A stretch of 63,690 nt of DNA, the filler included, from Olpidium bornovanus S191 (lineage: Eukaryota; Fungi; Olpidiomycota): assembly GCA_017911155.1 (NCBI GenBank). It is 26 parts of 26 records of this genome, joined end to end, with 100 filler letters (N's around TTAATTAATTAA, not from the genome) between each part and the next. Parts side by side here need not be neighbours in the genome. Positions count along the whole stretch, not along the records: positions 25,705 to 31,119 come from JAEFCI010002755.1; positions 31,220 to 33,247 come from JAEFCI010011908.1; positions 33,348 to 36,594 come from JAEFCI010007726.1; positions 36,695 to 39,106 come from JAEFCI010005477.1; 22 more parts are not named here. One strand, written 5' to 3'. The notes under the pieces are model-generated. The model saw only the letters and a program-made list of their open reading frames with translations, searched no databases and was not told the DNA's origin. Positions 25,605 through 38,282 of the stretch are shown here, piece after piece. A program made the translations under genes and the position numbers. How positions within the stretch are numbered: the stretch's first letter is position 1; the number at the start of each line of letters is the position of its first letter.

Positions 25605-26169
25605 NNNNNNNNNNNNNNNNNNNNNNNNNNNNNNNNNNNNNNNNNNNNTTAATTAATTAANNNNNNNNNNNNNNNNNNNNNNNNNNNNNNNNNNNNNNNN
25701 NNNNGGGGCCGGAAAGTGGGGGGGGGGGGGGGGGGGTGATCGGGGAAGGGCGGTCACTCGAGACCGGTCACGCGTAAGAGAGGAGAACGAGTAGGCGCTG
25801 CGCAGGAAGGAGACGCTGCGCCGTCTGTCGACGCGACGGGAAGCGCCAGGCCGCGCGCCGTCCGTTGGCGCCGCCGCGAAGAGAGAGCCGCGCGGGAGAG
25901 CAGGGCTGCGCGACGTCCGTCGGCGTCGCACCGAGGAAGCACAAGAGAGGTCAAATGCCAGATGAAGTTCCTGGGCGCTCATACCTTTTTTCTGACTCTC
26001 TCAAATTTTGGCTTTTCCTGGATAGCAACTGATCACAGTCACGGCAGTCACCTCAGCTTGTTTAGGAAGCCCCCCGTGATGAAAAAAAGCAGAAGCAGGA
26101 GGCTGCACGGGACAAAACACGTTCCGATTATGGCCATCTTCGCGATTCGGTTGTGTCGCACACGCAGAC

Positions 26170-26720
26170 ATGCGGCCCGCGATCTTTTCAAGCAAAACGT
26201 CGCTTTCACTGCGAACTTTTTTCAGGAGTTGCAAGATGAAGGGATGGCCGCAGCGCAGCTCAAGAGATTTCGGAGTGCGATTTCGACACTCTGGTGGCCG
26301 CTTCAGGTCTAAGATCAACGACGGCTTGGCGACATTGGAGTGATGAAACGGTTCTTCAAGGCTGCGTCAGAGCAGGACGCTCTAGAATTTCTAGCTGACA
26401 TTGCCGAAGAAGACGCGTACGAGCCAGCAGATTTGGTTTTCGAGGAAGACGTCATCGCTGCGACCCGTTAATCGACTGAAGCATTGCCTCTCTGTGACCT
26501 TGCAAAGCGGTTGTGCTTTTTTTATTCTCGGTTTGAAGCGGCGTCCGTTGTGTCTAACGCGGTCAATTCGAGCTGGCATTCGGGCCACAGAATTGTCGCT
26601 GACCACGGCTGTCATTTTCCCAAAGATTCGTGGAAGTCAGAGAAGAAGATTCACTCCCTGAGAGCGCCCGCACGCAGATATCGCTGTTGTTCTGGAAACA
26701 ATGCTTCAATTTTACGACGA
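26170..26720 (+). mobile_element. Degenerate tyrosine-recombinase (DIRS/Ngaro- or Crypton-type) remnant
   Basis: NFFQELQDEGMAAAQLKRFRSAISTLW..LGDIGVMKRFFKAA (integrase SAM-like core-binding pattern), then LPLCDLAKRLCFF and RAGIRATELSL (catalytic-Arg box-I-like); in-frame stops and frameshifts present. Confidence 0.5.
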
Positions 26721-27786
26721 TCGCGGACGCATGCAGTGGCCGCGTCGACTGCGCGCGATTCAAGTGCAACAAGGCATGTCGTCTTAGATTTTCTCTGCTG
26801 ACCGCGCGCGCCTACAACGCTATTTCTGCTGGTCGCCTGCATAGGCAGCGAGACCGACGTTTTATGTAGTAGAATCTTGGATCACTGAGTCCGTAGGCCA
26901 AAGATGATCCATTATTTTATGAATAGATTTTAGATGGCTGAATTAGCTTGGTGCCCACATCACCCACCCGCGCCATGGTCACTTCCATGCGGGGATTGGT
27001 GGGTGGCTTTGGTTGTGTGCTGGTGCATATGGTTGATATTTCAACCACCTTTGCTGATCTGCGTTGGTGGCCCACGGACATATATGCCTTGATTCTACGG
27101 GTTCGACTCCCCGCCGTTGAACGCGAGTCGGTTGCAGCATCACTGGTTCCCACGATTGCCCGGGCCGTGGTGCGTTTCGTGCTCGGTAAGGAGCAGGGCC
27201 GCCGTGCGCCCGGGCTTTCTGTTTAACCACGCCAGAGTACGTGAAGTCAAGATGTGCTCGCGAAGCCAGTTCAACCGTCTAAGGTCTACTCGCAGAATGG
27301 GAGGATCACCGAGGCCCTACAGGATGGAATGAGCACGAATGCGTTGAGTGTATATTTTGTGCATCCCCTGGCGGCTTGTCCCGCGCCGACCACGGGGCCC
27401 CTCCCCCCTCCTTTCCCAGCGCTGACCCGCGCGCACTGCGGACACCGGGGGCACGCGCGCTCTTTCACTTTCATCAGGAAGTACGCCGACGATATTCTTG
27501 CTCGTTCCGACGGCGACCGCTGAACGCCCCCTCGCGAGCAGCGCCCCGCTAAACGCTTTCGCGAGCCCGCCATTTGTGTTGCCGGAAATTGCTCGTGCAG
27601 ACAGGGAAGGAAGGGTCCTGTCACCGAACCGCGACGCGCGCACGCGCTCCGAGAAGTTGTTTCCGTCCCGGCGCATGACCAAGCATAGCGAAGCCCTCCG
27701 TCGCTGTCGCCGAGAACACGTTCCGGTCGGGAACACGCGTCGGAAGGCGTCGTTGTCTGCTCCCATCGAGCCTACCCACCCTCGAG

Positions 27787-29652
27787 ATGCCCTTGGTGAC
27801 GGTTCGGCTGCAGCCCTCCACTGCAGAAAATGTCCCGCCCGCCAGCGACGCTCCGGCTCCCGGCGTAACAAGTGCGGAGAAGCACCTGCTGTTGATTGCA
27901 AAGCTTCTGCACCGGAGTAAGCGTTGCGTGGTTGTTACGGGCGCAGGTATTTCCTGCAACGGTGGGATCCCGGTAAGAATTGCTTTCCTGCTTGCGGATC
28001 AGCGTGCGAAACGAACAGGGCTGCAATCATTGGTCGTCGCTGAGTCCGACGGGACTTCAGGCACGGCGGCACGATTCGAGCATGCTACTGTCGCCGCGCA
28101 CTTTGTCGCGTCCAAGGTCCTAATGGAGTGATGCGACGTCCTGCGCACCGAGCAGGACTTCAGGTCTTCGGATGGTTTGTACAGTCTCGTCAAGAAGCGA
28201 TACCCAAATTCCGTGGTGCGAGGCCGAGACCTATTCGACGCTGCTCTCTTCAGAGATGCCACAAGTACGAGGATCTTCTGTTCTTTCGTTGGCGAGCTGA
28301 AACAGATTGTGGACAATTCCCGGTGCACGCCAACGCATGAGTTCATCGGGAGACTTTACGGCCAGGGAAAGCTGCTCCGATGCTACACGCAGAATATTGA
28401 CTGCCTCGAGCAGCAGGCCGGCCTGCTCGTTTTTGATGATGAGAAGGAGGTGATCGCTGCGTGTGCGGGAGGAGAAGGTGCCGCGCCACGTCAGACCGGA
28501 AATGTTGCATGTGCAGGCCATTTGGATGCTGTGGGCATTTCGGGCGAGAACTTAAACCAGGACCTAGGCTTAGGCCAGCCTTTGGACGACGGCAAGGACT
28601 CGCTCCCTGTCGTCAAGATAGCAGACGCGGAGAGCGTACGCCCGCCCAAGTCTAGGAAGAGTCGCCCGAAGCTGAGTTCGAACCCTCTCGTGCAGTTGCA
28701 CGGGTCATTACAGCAGCTGTACTGCACGCTTTGCTCTGCTACTTTTCCATTCACGGACAAGTACCGAGACGAGTTCAAGAATGGTGAACTGCCGCCATGC
28801 CCTCAGTGCGAAAAACAGGTAAGCGATTTTGGTAGTGTACTCGACTGGCCGGTTTTTCTGGAATGGCTGGCTCACCTGCGTCCCACAGGCGCCAGTGTTG
28901 ACAATCTGAGGCTAATTATTTGTCTTGGGTGCTCCGCAGACGGAAGCGCGGAGACTCGCAGGCAAGCGGCGAACGGCCACGGGCACACTTCGGCCATCAA
29001 TCGTACTGTATAATGAGCCACACCCGCGTGGAGACCTGGTCGCGAGGATTCTGGTGGCAGACATCCGGCGGAAGCCTGATCTACTCTTGGTGATGGGGAC
29101 ATCTCTGAAGGTGACTGGCCTAAAAAGCCTCGTAAAGGATATGGCGAAGGGCATCCATGCTGCTGGCGGTTGCTGCCTCTTCGTCAACAAGACTGAGGCC
29201 GCTTCAGTCAAGGAATGGTCAACCGTTTTCGACTATCAGGTTCTGGCTGACACAGACGAATGGGTTGGCGACGTGGATAGGAGGATAGCCAAGCTTCGTG
29301 GACCAGAGCAACGCACACTTGTGAAGTCTGCAACGGCGAAATTGGCGCTCTCTAGAATCGAGACTACCATTACCCCAAAGTCCCCCGCAACAGGTACGTG
29401 CCGCGCGTACCGGTTGTGTTGGGGTGCGATTGTTTGGGATGCTGAAGATTCGCTGCTGGCTTTTTATCTTCTGATAAAGCTTTTACGCCAAAAGGGAAAG
29501 AGACCCGTACCCGTGCCACTGCTAACAGCACGAAGGCGTTGATCAAGAATACAACGACCATTACCGCTCATTTCAAGGCAAAGAAAGTCTTGTCTGCACC
29601 CCCTCTTGAAACTCTCGCGCCTGTCGCGACGAAGACAGGTTGCACCTCGTGA
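27787..29652 (+). CDS. Sir2-family NAD-dependent deacetylase, Hst3/Hst4 subfamily, multi-exon
   Basis: VVVTGAGISCNGGIP|DFRSSDGLY, GKLLRCYTQNIDCLE, LVQLHGS..CTLC..CPQC, LRPSIVLYNEPHPRGD, PDLLLVMGTSLKVTG, EWSTVFDY; 3' end approximate. Confidence 0.93.
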
Positions 29653-31299
29653 TGCATATACAAAGACCCTTATGTACGTTTGTTCGCTTTGCTCACACGT
29701 TCCTTAATGCGATACCCGCCGGTAGTACGGGTTTGCCACCGAACTTCACGCAGAGCAATGTGGGTTTTGACGTGTCGATGAACCACCCGGGGAGATAGGA
29801 GCTTTGCGTTGCGTCTGGTAATACGTCTGCGGCTGTCCTTATGCCTTACGTGCTTTTCCAGCACCTGCAGTGGACCTTGCGGATATTGTGAGCGTCTGAA
29901 TCTTTGGCTAAACATATTTTCCTACCACATCACACTCTACTGGCTTCTGGCCAACAGCCTACTGCGCATAAATCCCCCTCTTAATGGTTTTACCCTTGTA
30001 ACGGTATTTCATGTTATGAACTGTTTCCTAATGCTGTTCAGCCCATCCGTTGCCGTCATGCTCAGCTTACCGGGAAAATCATGACGCCCGAGACTAAAGT
30101 GGTAAAACACAATTGTAATTGCCATGGGAATTATAGGGAAATTATTGGCAGTATTATCAATGGTAATGTGGACTGTAGGTGTGTCAATCCTGTGTGGACC
30201 GAATCCTGCAACAGACGAAAATAGATTAAAAAAATGTTGACACGGTACTTGCTGGACATCGATACCTGGAAATCCAATCTTTGAGTAAGTTAATGAGGCC
30301 TGCAAAAGTTAAATCTTAAGAGTCTTAAAATCAAATATAGTTCCAGATCGGGTTGTGCGCAGACTCCGGATCGACTTGTTGACATCAAAGATCGTCGCTG
30401 ATGTGAGCACGCGGGGAATTGTCAAGAAGCGAGCAAGATTTTTCCTGCCTGCCTTCCGTCAAATTGACGACGTCGGAAGAGTGAAGAGGAGGACATGATG
30501 CCGCAACAGTTCTTTCATTTCCACTTTTTCTTCTTTCGGCCGAATTTTCGTTTCGCTCGGGTTTTTCCGCCGCGACAACGGAGCAAAACGCGACGTAGTG
30601 TACGGTTAAAATACGGGGGCCGAAGTGAACGGGAAGGCCGCGACCGCCGTCGTGTCTGTGGTTTTTTTTTTTTTTTTTTTTGTTTTGCCGATTTGGGTTG
30701 GGAGAACTGATGATGGTTGGGCCGGAAATTTTTACACGATAGGCCGTTGGACGATAAGTGGTGGGTGCATGTATTCTTCGAGCGACATATGAAATTTGTG
30801 GGGGGAGAAGAGGGGTGTGGGCAATAATCCCCCCCCACCCCTCCCCACACCAGAACAAATGCACCTACCGAAAAAGAAAAATAAACTCTTTCGAATCCCT
30901 TTCCTTCAATTCAACGTCCTTATGCTTCAACTCTTCCCGTTTGCACAATTTTCCATTTTTTTTTTCGTTTCCTTTTTTTTTTGAGTTAATCTACGGTGCG
31001 CATACTATGCGTAAAATAACTATTTTGCGCACACAACACTAATCACAGCCAAACGTCAAAAGCCCTCTTTTAAACTATAACAACTTTTCTCAACACGCAA
31101 AACGCGCTCTGTTCCATGANNNNNNNNNNNNNNNNNNNNNNNNNNNNNNNNNNNNNNNNNNNNTTAATTAATTAANNNNNNNNNNNNNNNNNNNNNNNNN
31201 NNNNNNNNNNNNNNNNNNNGACTTTTTCCGAATGTTCGCGTTCTTGTTGTATATTTGCTGGAAATCAAGAGATAATTTGCTCAGAGATCCGGTGGGCTC

Positions 31300-32668
31300 G
31301 CGATATATTCAAAAAAAATACGCTTAGCCGGGGTAGCATGAAACAAAGCGCGAAACAACCTCCGGTGCCACCTCCAACGCTCGAGACTGCTCACCTCCAT
31401 CCTTCTTCGACTGGAATAGCTCCACCAGCCGATCAAATATCTTCTTTAAAGTGGTCTTGATGGTTTCTAGTTCCGTCGCAGTCTACACGACATCAGGTGA
31501 GCCTAGAGAGTTGGTTTAAGTAGAGCTCGCGACGCGAAATGCCCCGTACCTTGGTCGGCAATCGCAACAAGCTATCGATTATCCGCAGGGTGAGCTGCAC
31601 ATCGCTGGCGGCGTATAACGGAGCAAGGAGTCCGAGACCCTGCAGGGCGAAGGCAACCATTACTTGGCGGTGTCACGGCCTTGGAATCGAAGAACACCAC
31701 GCCTTACTTTGATGATAACGATGCGGTCGACAAAAAACTTGGCCATCAGTGGTGGCGAGTTGAGCAGGAAGAACAGGTTCCACATTGCTGCTAGTAAAAA
31801 CCCCAGAGGTCAAGAAATCAATTGCATCGCCCCCCGTCGTGCGCTTTTCTTAGTGCAACGGGAACTCCAAAGGCAAAAATGCGCGAGCAAAAAAAGGATA
31901 TGACGATCTTCCTCCAGGAAGACGCGTTCGTTCTCGAAGATGAGCCGCGAGAGCGCGGTAATGCAAATTCCTCGGATAACCGGATCCGCGCAAGAGTAAA
32001 AAAATTCCAGGCCGGCGACGATAGCGACGGCCATCGAGGCAAACGCAGGTCCGATGATGTGGAAAAGCTCGTGGACGGAAGAGTGATATCCTGTCATGGT
32101 GACAACCTGTTTTTCAGCACCGCCCGTTGACCAGCGGGAGCTCGCAACCGCCAAAAAAGTCTGTCGCCACGAGTTCCGCTCGGGTGTGTGTGTGGGGGGG
32201 AAGGGGGGGGGGGGCACCTTTGTCGTCTGTCTGAAAGGCGTGCGTGAGCCTCTCGATCTTCTTCTTCCCCGAGTCCACCAGCGCGCGGTCGAAAATCCTG
32301 GCCAGACGGCACAGAAGGTGGACGGCGTACAGCCGCACGTTCTCGTACCGGTGGTTCAGGTTGGCGATGAGCTGAACCGCGTACTGGACCGTTATTCCCT
32401 CGAGCACGTCCTCGGCCTGCAGGATGTTGAGCTCGGTGGCGCCGCGCACGCCGAGCTCGTGGAAGGTGGGGAGGCCCGGGGCGCGCCGGGCGCTGCCCGG
32501 GGCCGCTGGCCGAGGTGCGCCCGCGGCCTGTTGCTTCTGGGCATTCAGCGTCGAGACCGCGGCCGCGAAGAAGCCGCGGGTCTCGGTGAGCCATTCGGAG
32601 ACCGCGGCGCGGTGCTCCCGCGCGATCGCGAACGAGATCTGGTGCCCGCGGAGCGCGGGTGTCTCCAT
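31300..32668 (-). CDS. Unidentified HEAT/ARM-like helical protein, multi-exon fragment
   Basis: Exons with IANLNHRYENVRLYAVHLLCRLARIF, SCADPVIRGICITALSRLIFENE and LGLLAPLYAASDVQLTLRIIDSLL, separated by GT-AG introns; HEAT-like VR..A...L..L pattern. Confidence 0.55.
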
Positions 32669-33347
32669 GGCTCAGGATTCGGCGATCGGACGGGCCTCCC
32701 GGCACGCGCCTCCCTGACGAGCTCCGTTGCGATCTGCGATGGCACGGCGCGTTGTGGGCCGTGGAGAGGCGGGCCCGTGTCTCTGTCCGGGGCGCGCTTC
32801 CCACCCCGAACGCCGGCGCGCGGGATCTGCCCCCCCGCCCCAGGGTCCAATCGTCCCCGGACAGGAGAAGACGCGTGAGGTTGAGGCACATAGCGTAGCC
32901 AGTGTCAAGATGGACAATCGACGCATCGCGTTGCAAAAGGGAGACTCGCAAGGCTCACCTCGCCGCCGCGTCCTTCGGACCACTGCGGCTACGCGGCGCC
33001 TGGGGATACGGCTGACTCCTTTGTTTCCTCACTCCCCCACTCTTCCCCTCCCCGCACGGGGGAACCCGGACTCCCGCGTCGCACGAAGCAGCCGGTGGCT
33101 AAGTCGCTGCCGAAAGCGGTTTTGAGACCCGGAGGTTGTGGCGTTGACTCGCGACCGTGGGGGCTGGGGTTTGTTGGGCGCTGAGGCGGCGGGCGGCGGG
33201 CGGGCTAGCGCGGACGCGTCGCGCAGCTAGGCGGGGGAAATACATGANNNNNNNNNNNNNNNNNNNNNNNNNNNNNNNNNNNNNNNNNNNNTTAATTAAT
33301 TAANNNNNNNNNNNNNNNNNNNNNNNNNNNNNNNNNNNNNNNNNNNN

Positions 33348-35105
33348 AATCGTTTCCACAAATTTCGGCAACTGCTTCTCAAAATCCTCGTCGTATTTCG
33401 TATTGTACAGGACCACCACCTCGCAAATTGCTCCCTTGACCTTCTCAGAAGAACCACCTTCCTCCATGTCCTCCGAGGCCACGTCGAGGGCGGGGTTGGC
33501 GTACACCAGGTACTTGTGAAAAATGGCGAAGATTTCATCCATGTTGTCCTCGAAGAACGGCGGTAGGTCATGGTAGTTGAGAGAGAGAAAAATTTTCACA
33601 AGCAGGTGCATAGTCTGAAAAAGAGTCCCGAAAACCTCCGGGTTCGACGAATTCGCATCTATGAGCGCGTCGGTGTTCTGAGACAAAGTTAAATGTCGTC
33701 AGTGCGTGCGCGCGCCACAGGCCGCAAAACCACCTCAGCCTATAAAAGAAAACGCTTGCCTTCAGCAAGCCAAACCACGGCTCACAAAACTCGCCCAGAA
33801 CCTTTATGATGTTAGAGTACAGTGCATCTGAACGGGACTCTTTCCGCCACCTGGAAACGCAACTAGCTCAGTCCGGCGCCAGGTGCTCATGAACAGACCG
33901 AAAACACCTGTGATGCTAGCGGCGCCTCGTGTTACCTCTTAAAAATGGAGTGGGCCGTTTGTAGGATGCCGTTGTTTACATTGTAATCGTCCGCGCTAAG
34001 CTTCGAGACCAGCTCCTACAATTGGGAACCGCCCCAGACCGCCGTTAGTCATACGTGCCCAATTGGTTAGTTGATGTCCGGTGGGCGATTGCGCGCGCAG
34101 CTACCTGGACAGCCAGACGGCTCGTTTCAGCCTACCTGTATAAGCGTCTCCCACTGTTCCGGGAAGTCGGACTCCGCAATGAGAGCTATCGCCTCCCCCA
34201 GCTGAATTTGCAACCGTGTCGGCATTCTGATCATAAGATCCACAATCCGCTCTTTAACAACGCGCCGGTCCTCCAGAGACACGCGACTTTCGCCGTCCTG
34301 CGGACGCGGGCACGTGTTGTACAGGAAGGTCAACACGACACTCCGCTCCTTTCTCCGCCCTCCCGCCTCGACGTTGCCGCGTCTTCGACGTTTTGGAATG
34401 CGGAAGGAAGTTGAAAAGAGAGAAAACTCCCGCTTCCCGTACCGCGGAGCTCCAGTTCCGCTTGACGTAGTTCTTGAACAGCAATACGGCCGCGGTACGC
34501 GTCGTTGGGTCAATCAACTCGTTGCCAACGGCGTTCAGCACCAGCACGACGAACCCCGCGTGCCCCTCATAATTCTGCAAGTGTTTCTCGGCTGCTCTCC
34601 AAAAGGGGTCCCCGGCACGGTGGGCACCACAGGTTGGCGTAGGTACGCGCAAAAACAAAAAAAAACCGAGTATGGTTCGTGGTTCAGCGCACAGCGCCGT
34701 AGTTCGGCTGCGCTGATTTGCAAACCAGAAGAGGGGCCCCCCAGGCCGGGGCTCCCCGCCCCTCCCCCATCCCCCTTCTTCCCCGCATGCGTGGAAAAAG
34801 CCACGCCGCACGGCCGCGGGCGGCGGGGGAAGAAGAGCAAGAAGGGCTTGTGGGAGGCTTTGGCATGGACGGGCACAAGAGCGGGCGCGGGATTTGCGCG
34901 CCTATCCCCCTTCCCCCCCCCCCCCCCCCCAACCCCCACAAACCCCCCCCCCCCCCCCCCCCCCCCGCGCCCCCCCCCCGGCGGGCCCCCGCAGCAAGGG
35001 CGCCCGCCGCCCGCGCCCGCGCGCACCTTGCTTTCTGGTCGCCGGGTTCAGGGTCTGCCCCAGGAGCGCCGTCAGCGTCTCGGCGTTTTGGGTGTTCGCC
35101 TCCAT
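33348..35105 (-). CDS. CSE1: Exportin-2 / Cse1, 5' part, multi-exon, 3' truncated
   Basis: LGQTLNPATRKQ|AEKHL, AAVLLFKNYVKRNW, QLGEAIALIAESDFPEQWETL, NNGILQTAHSIFKR|WRKEFRSDALY, KIFLSLNYHDLPPFFEDNM. Confidence 0.95.
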
Positions 35106-35429
35106 TTTTCTTCCTTTCCCGCCTTTCTTTTTTTTTTCTGGTTTTTTTTTTTTTTTTTTCCCTTTTTGGCCTGTTGCGTTCGTTTGGTTTTTTTTTTTTT
35201 TTTTTTCCCTTTGGTTCTCCTGCAGTGGTGTGTGTGTGTGTGGTGTGGGGGGGGGGGACGGTACCACCACGCCGGCCACAAAAAAAAAAAAAAAAAAAAA
35301 AGCAAAAGGGGGCACACACCCCGCCCTAGAGAGACCTCTCCGGCGGCGGAAAAAGCGCCCGCGCCGTCGTCGGCCTGCGCGCGTTTCGCAGCCGCGAAAG
35401 CTTCTCATTGAAGGCGGCGGCGGCGGCTG

Positions 35430-35910
35430 CGCCCGGGAGATACCTGGGTATCGCAAACTTGTAAGAGCGCTCCTCTTCATCTTCGCCCGGATTTCGCCTT
35501 CGTGGTAGGATACCCGGGCAGGCCATCGTCCGCTTCCCGAGCTCTGAACTGGACGGGTGGTAAAGGAGGATACGGGCCCTGGCCGTAGGGCTTCTGCGAC
35601 GCCGACTACGCCAAGTGCTTGGAGACAAGGCGCACTTCTAACAAGTATGTTTTTACCATGGCGGGAGGGGCGGTCACCTGAAAAAGCCGTCGACAGGGAG
35701 CGGTGGCAACTTCTACCACCGAGTCGGTGTACATCGCGCTGGCGGAGGCGGCCAAGGAGGCTATGTGGCTTCGTCGCTTGCTACGGGAACTGGGGGTGAA
35801 GGACTCAGAACAAGTCGACATCGTCCAGGACAACTATGGCACACTACTTCTCGCCAAATCCCATCAACACGCAAGAAATAAGCACATTAATGTCCGTATT
35901 ACACCTTTTC
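35430..35910 (+). mobile_element. Degenerate Ty1/copia RT-end/RNase H remnant
   Basis: GFCDADYAKCLETRRTSNKYVFTMAGGAVT*KSRRQGAVATSTTESVYIALAEAAKEAMWLRRLLRELG..QDNYGTL..HARNKHINVR, the copia RNase H signature with stops. Confidence 0.88.
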
Positions 35911-36200
35911 TCCCGCACCCCTAGAAAGACGGCTCCCGTTACACAGATTCAGCGCGGATTTCTCAAGATCCACGGCGCTTCAGAGCAGAAGCCAGAGGTG
36001 CAGTCCATAATCACCAGGATAATTATGATCACGGCAGAACCAGCTTGCACAGAGTGACCACTATATTAAACAATATGAAGTCATCACTATATTAAACATT
36101 AAGAAGAGCCCTATCAGCTTCGCCGCCATTCAGCTGAGGGCTGATCGTTGATCGCTAACGGGATTGATGGAGGCGGTTGCTGTCGGCGAGGTTGTGCGGC

Positions 36201-36593
36201 CTAGCAGAACCGCCTCGAGCAATCCGGTCCCGCATTGGAACCCAGGTCGCTGGCGGGGAAAGTGCAGCGGGTGCCCTGAGCCAGGTTGCACGTGGCGGTG
36301 TGGTCCGGGTAGTTGGTGCCGGAGCCCAACCACTGGATGGTCAGGAAGGCGTCGCTGGCAAACTCGAAGCCGTTGAAGGTGACGCACAATCCGTCTGGAG
36401 AACCGCCGGCGGTTCCGAACGACCCTGTATCGATGTTCGAGCCGTCCGCGCCGCGGCCAGAAATCCGGACACTGGTGAACGAGGGAGGCGTCCCGGCTTC
36501 AGCACCGGGCTGGCAGACGGTGGCAATGACGGCTTGGGCCGGCGAGGCGGCGAGCACGGCGGCGACGGCTGCGCAAAGGATAGCGGCCTTCAT
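36201..36593 (-). CDS. Small secreted cysteine-containing protein (130 aa), orphan, intronless
   Basis: MKAAILCAAVAAVLAASPAQA signal peptide with A-Q-A cleavage motif; mature part Gly/Thr-rich with five Cys; clean TAG stop. Confidence 0.75.
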   Translation of the reverse strand: MKAAILCAAVAAVLAASPAQAVIATVCQPGAEAGTPPSFTSVRISGRGADGSNIDTGSFGTAGGSPDGLCVTFNGFEFASDAFLTIQWLGSGTNYPDHTATCNLAQGTRCTFPASDLGSNAGPDCSRRFC

Positions 36594-37561
36594 GNNNNNN
36601 NNNNNNNNNNNNNNNNNNNNNNNNNNNNNNNNNNNNNNTTAATTAATTAANNNNNNNNNNNNNNNNNNNNNNNNNNNNNNNNNNNNNNNNNNNNATGGGG
36701 TTGGGACGAAGCGACGACGATCTGGTGCTTCTGTGCGGCGGCGGTGGGAACAGCGAGTGCCAATGCCGCCGCATCGTTGTATGACGGGAAACTCTTGGTG
36801 GTTCGCCCGTTCATGTTTAAACGGAAGAAGCGTTTCTGCGGGTTTTTGCAGCGCTGATGGTCAGGGGGTCATCGCGGTCATGACGCTCCTTGTTGAAGGC
36901 GAGAACCATGCGAGCGTGAGGACTGGTGGAATTGGTGCGGGGCTAATTTTTTTTTTAGTTTTTTTTTTTTCTTTTTGTGGTTACTCATGAATATCGATCG
37001 GCTTAACACTTCCGCGCGTCAGGGGGATAAACGCCGAGGATCGTAGCAGTGCATGCCGGCACATTACGCATCCTCAGAGGCAGGGCAACTTCCTCGGCGC
37101 ACGGAAGCAAGTCCCCTTAAATCTCCGTGCACCCCGTCTCCCATAAAAAACGGCCCGAGAGTCGGCGTAAACGGGCCATCTTGCGTAGCCGCACTTGGGT
37201 AGACGCAGGAGTGTGCGCGCCCGCAAAGACATCAGTTGGATTGTCTGAGACTCGAAGCGTGTTGCAGATTCCCCGCCAGTTCATGTGCAAAGCAGACTTT
37301 CGGCGAGATAAGCTTCATTCCTGTCCCCTTTGATGAAGCCGGGCATTTCATCTGCTCGTGCACGCTGCTCTTGTCCTCGAACAGCGGCATCAACCAACTG
37401 TCGACCTACCGCCGCGTGATGCAGAGCGATGGAAGCTCAGCCATGAGATCTTCCTCAGGTGAAGCTAGGATTTTGCACAATCTGGTCGTTGCCACCAGTG
37501 ACCCTTTGCTTAACTGACGTCCGCAAAGCAAAAAGAAGACAGAGAAAGAGAGTGAGGGTGA

Positions 37562-37570
37562 GAAAGAACG

Positions 37571-37640
<70 letters not shown>
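37562..37640. repeat. (GA)n microsatellite
   Basis: Long GA run. Confidence 0.95.
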
Positions 37641-38282
37641 AGCACTGTTTTACATAAAAACACAGCCTGATTAGGACTTGGCCTCGCAAGGGCCTGGCAG
37701 GTTTCGCTGGCCGACGGGCGGTGAGCAGGTGAGGTCACGCAGTTACTCGCGTGATCCGGGCGATGCGGTCCATAACCGGATGGCGCGGGGCGAAAACCGC
37801 GAAGGCCACGTTGAAGTTCCGGGCAACGTCGACCACATGACATAGCTTATAACTCATAACCAAATCACCCTAGGAAGGGGGAGATGAATGGATATTTTAA
37901 CTTTGAGGATAACTTAACTAAGGAAAGAGCGCCGACCGTCGACCGGGAAGAGCAAGATTTTGGAGCTGAAGGACACCGTGGACGACGTGCACCCCCGTCA
38001 AATGTCTGTAACACCGAAAATGCCTTTCCTAATGTAGCTAAAAGGTTCCAGACTGGAAACCATTATTTAATCCTAGGCTGATCCCCCGCCACTGCTGCAC
38101 GTATCCTTCATACTCCAGCCTCTGCCTCCGGAACATCACCCGTCATCTCCGTTCCCGGCGTCCCCCGCGTCGTCGATACCTCCCAAAAGCAAACTCCGCG
38201 ACACTACTACACTTCGGCGACAGGTGCACCAAACGCGCCCTACATCAGAGACCAAGCCGCCGTACACCAGGTCGACACGGAA

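Noticed and set aside
29660-30500. Cys-containing frames downstream of the sirtuin
   Set aside because: Multiple stops in all frames and no recognisable domain.
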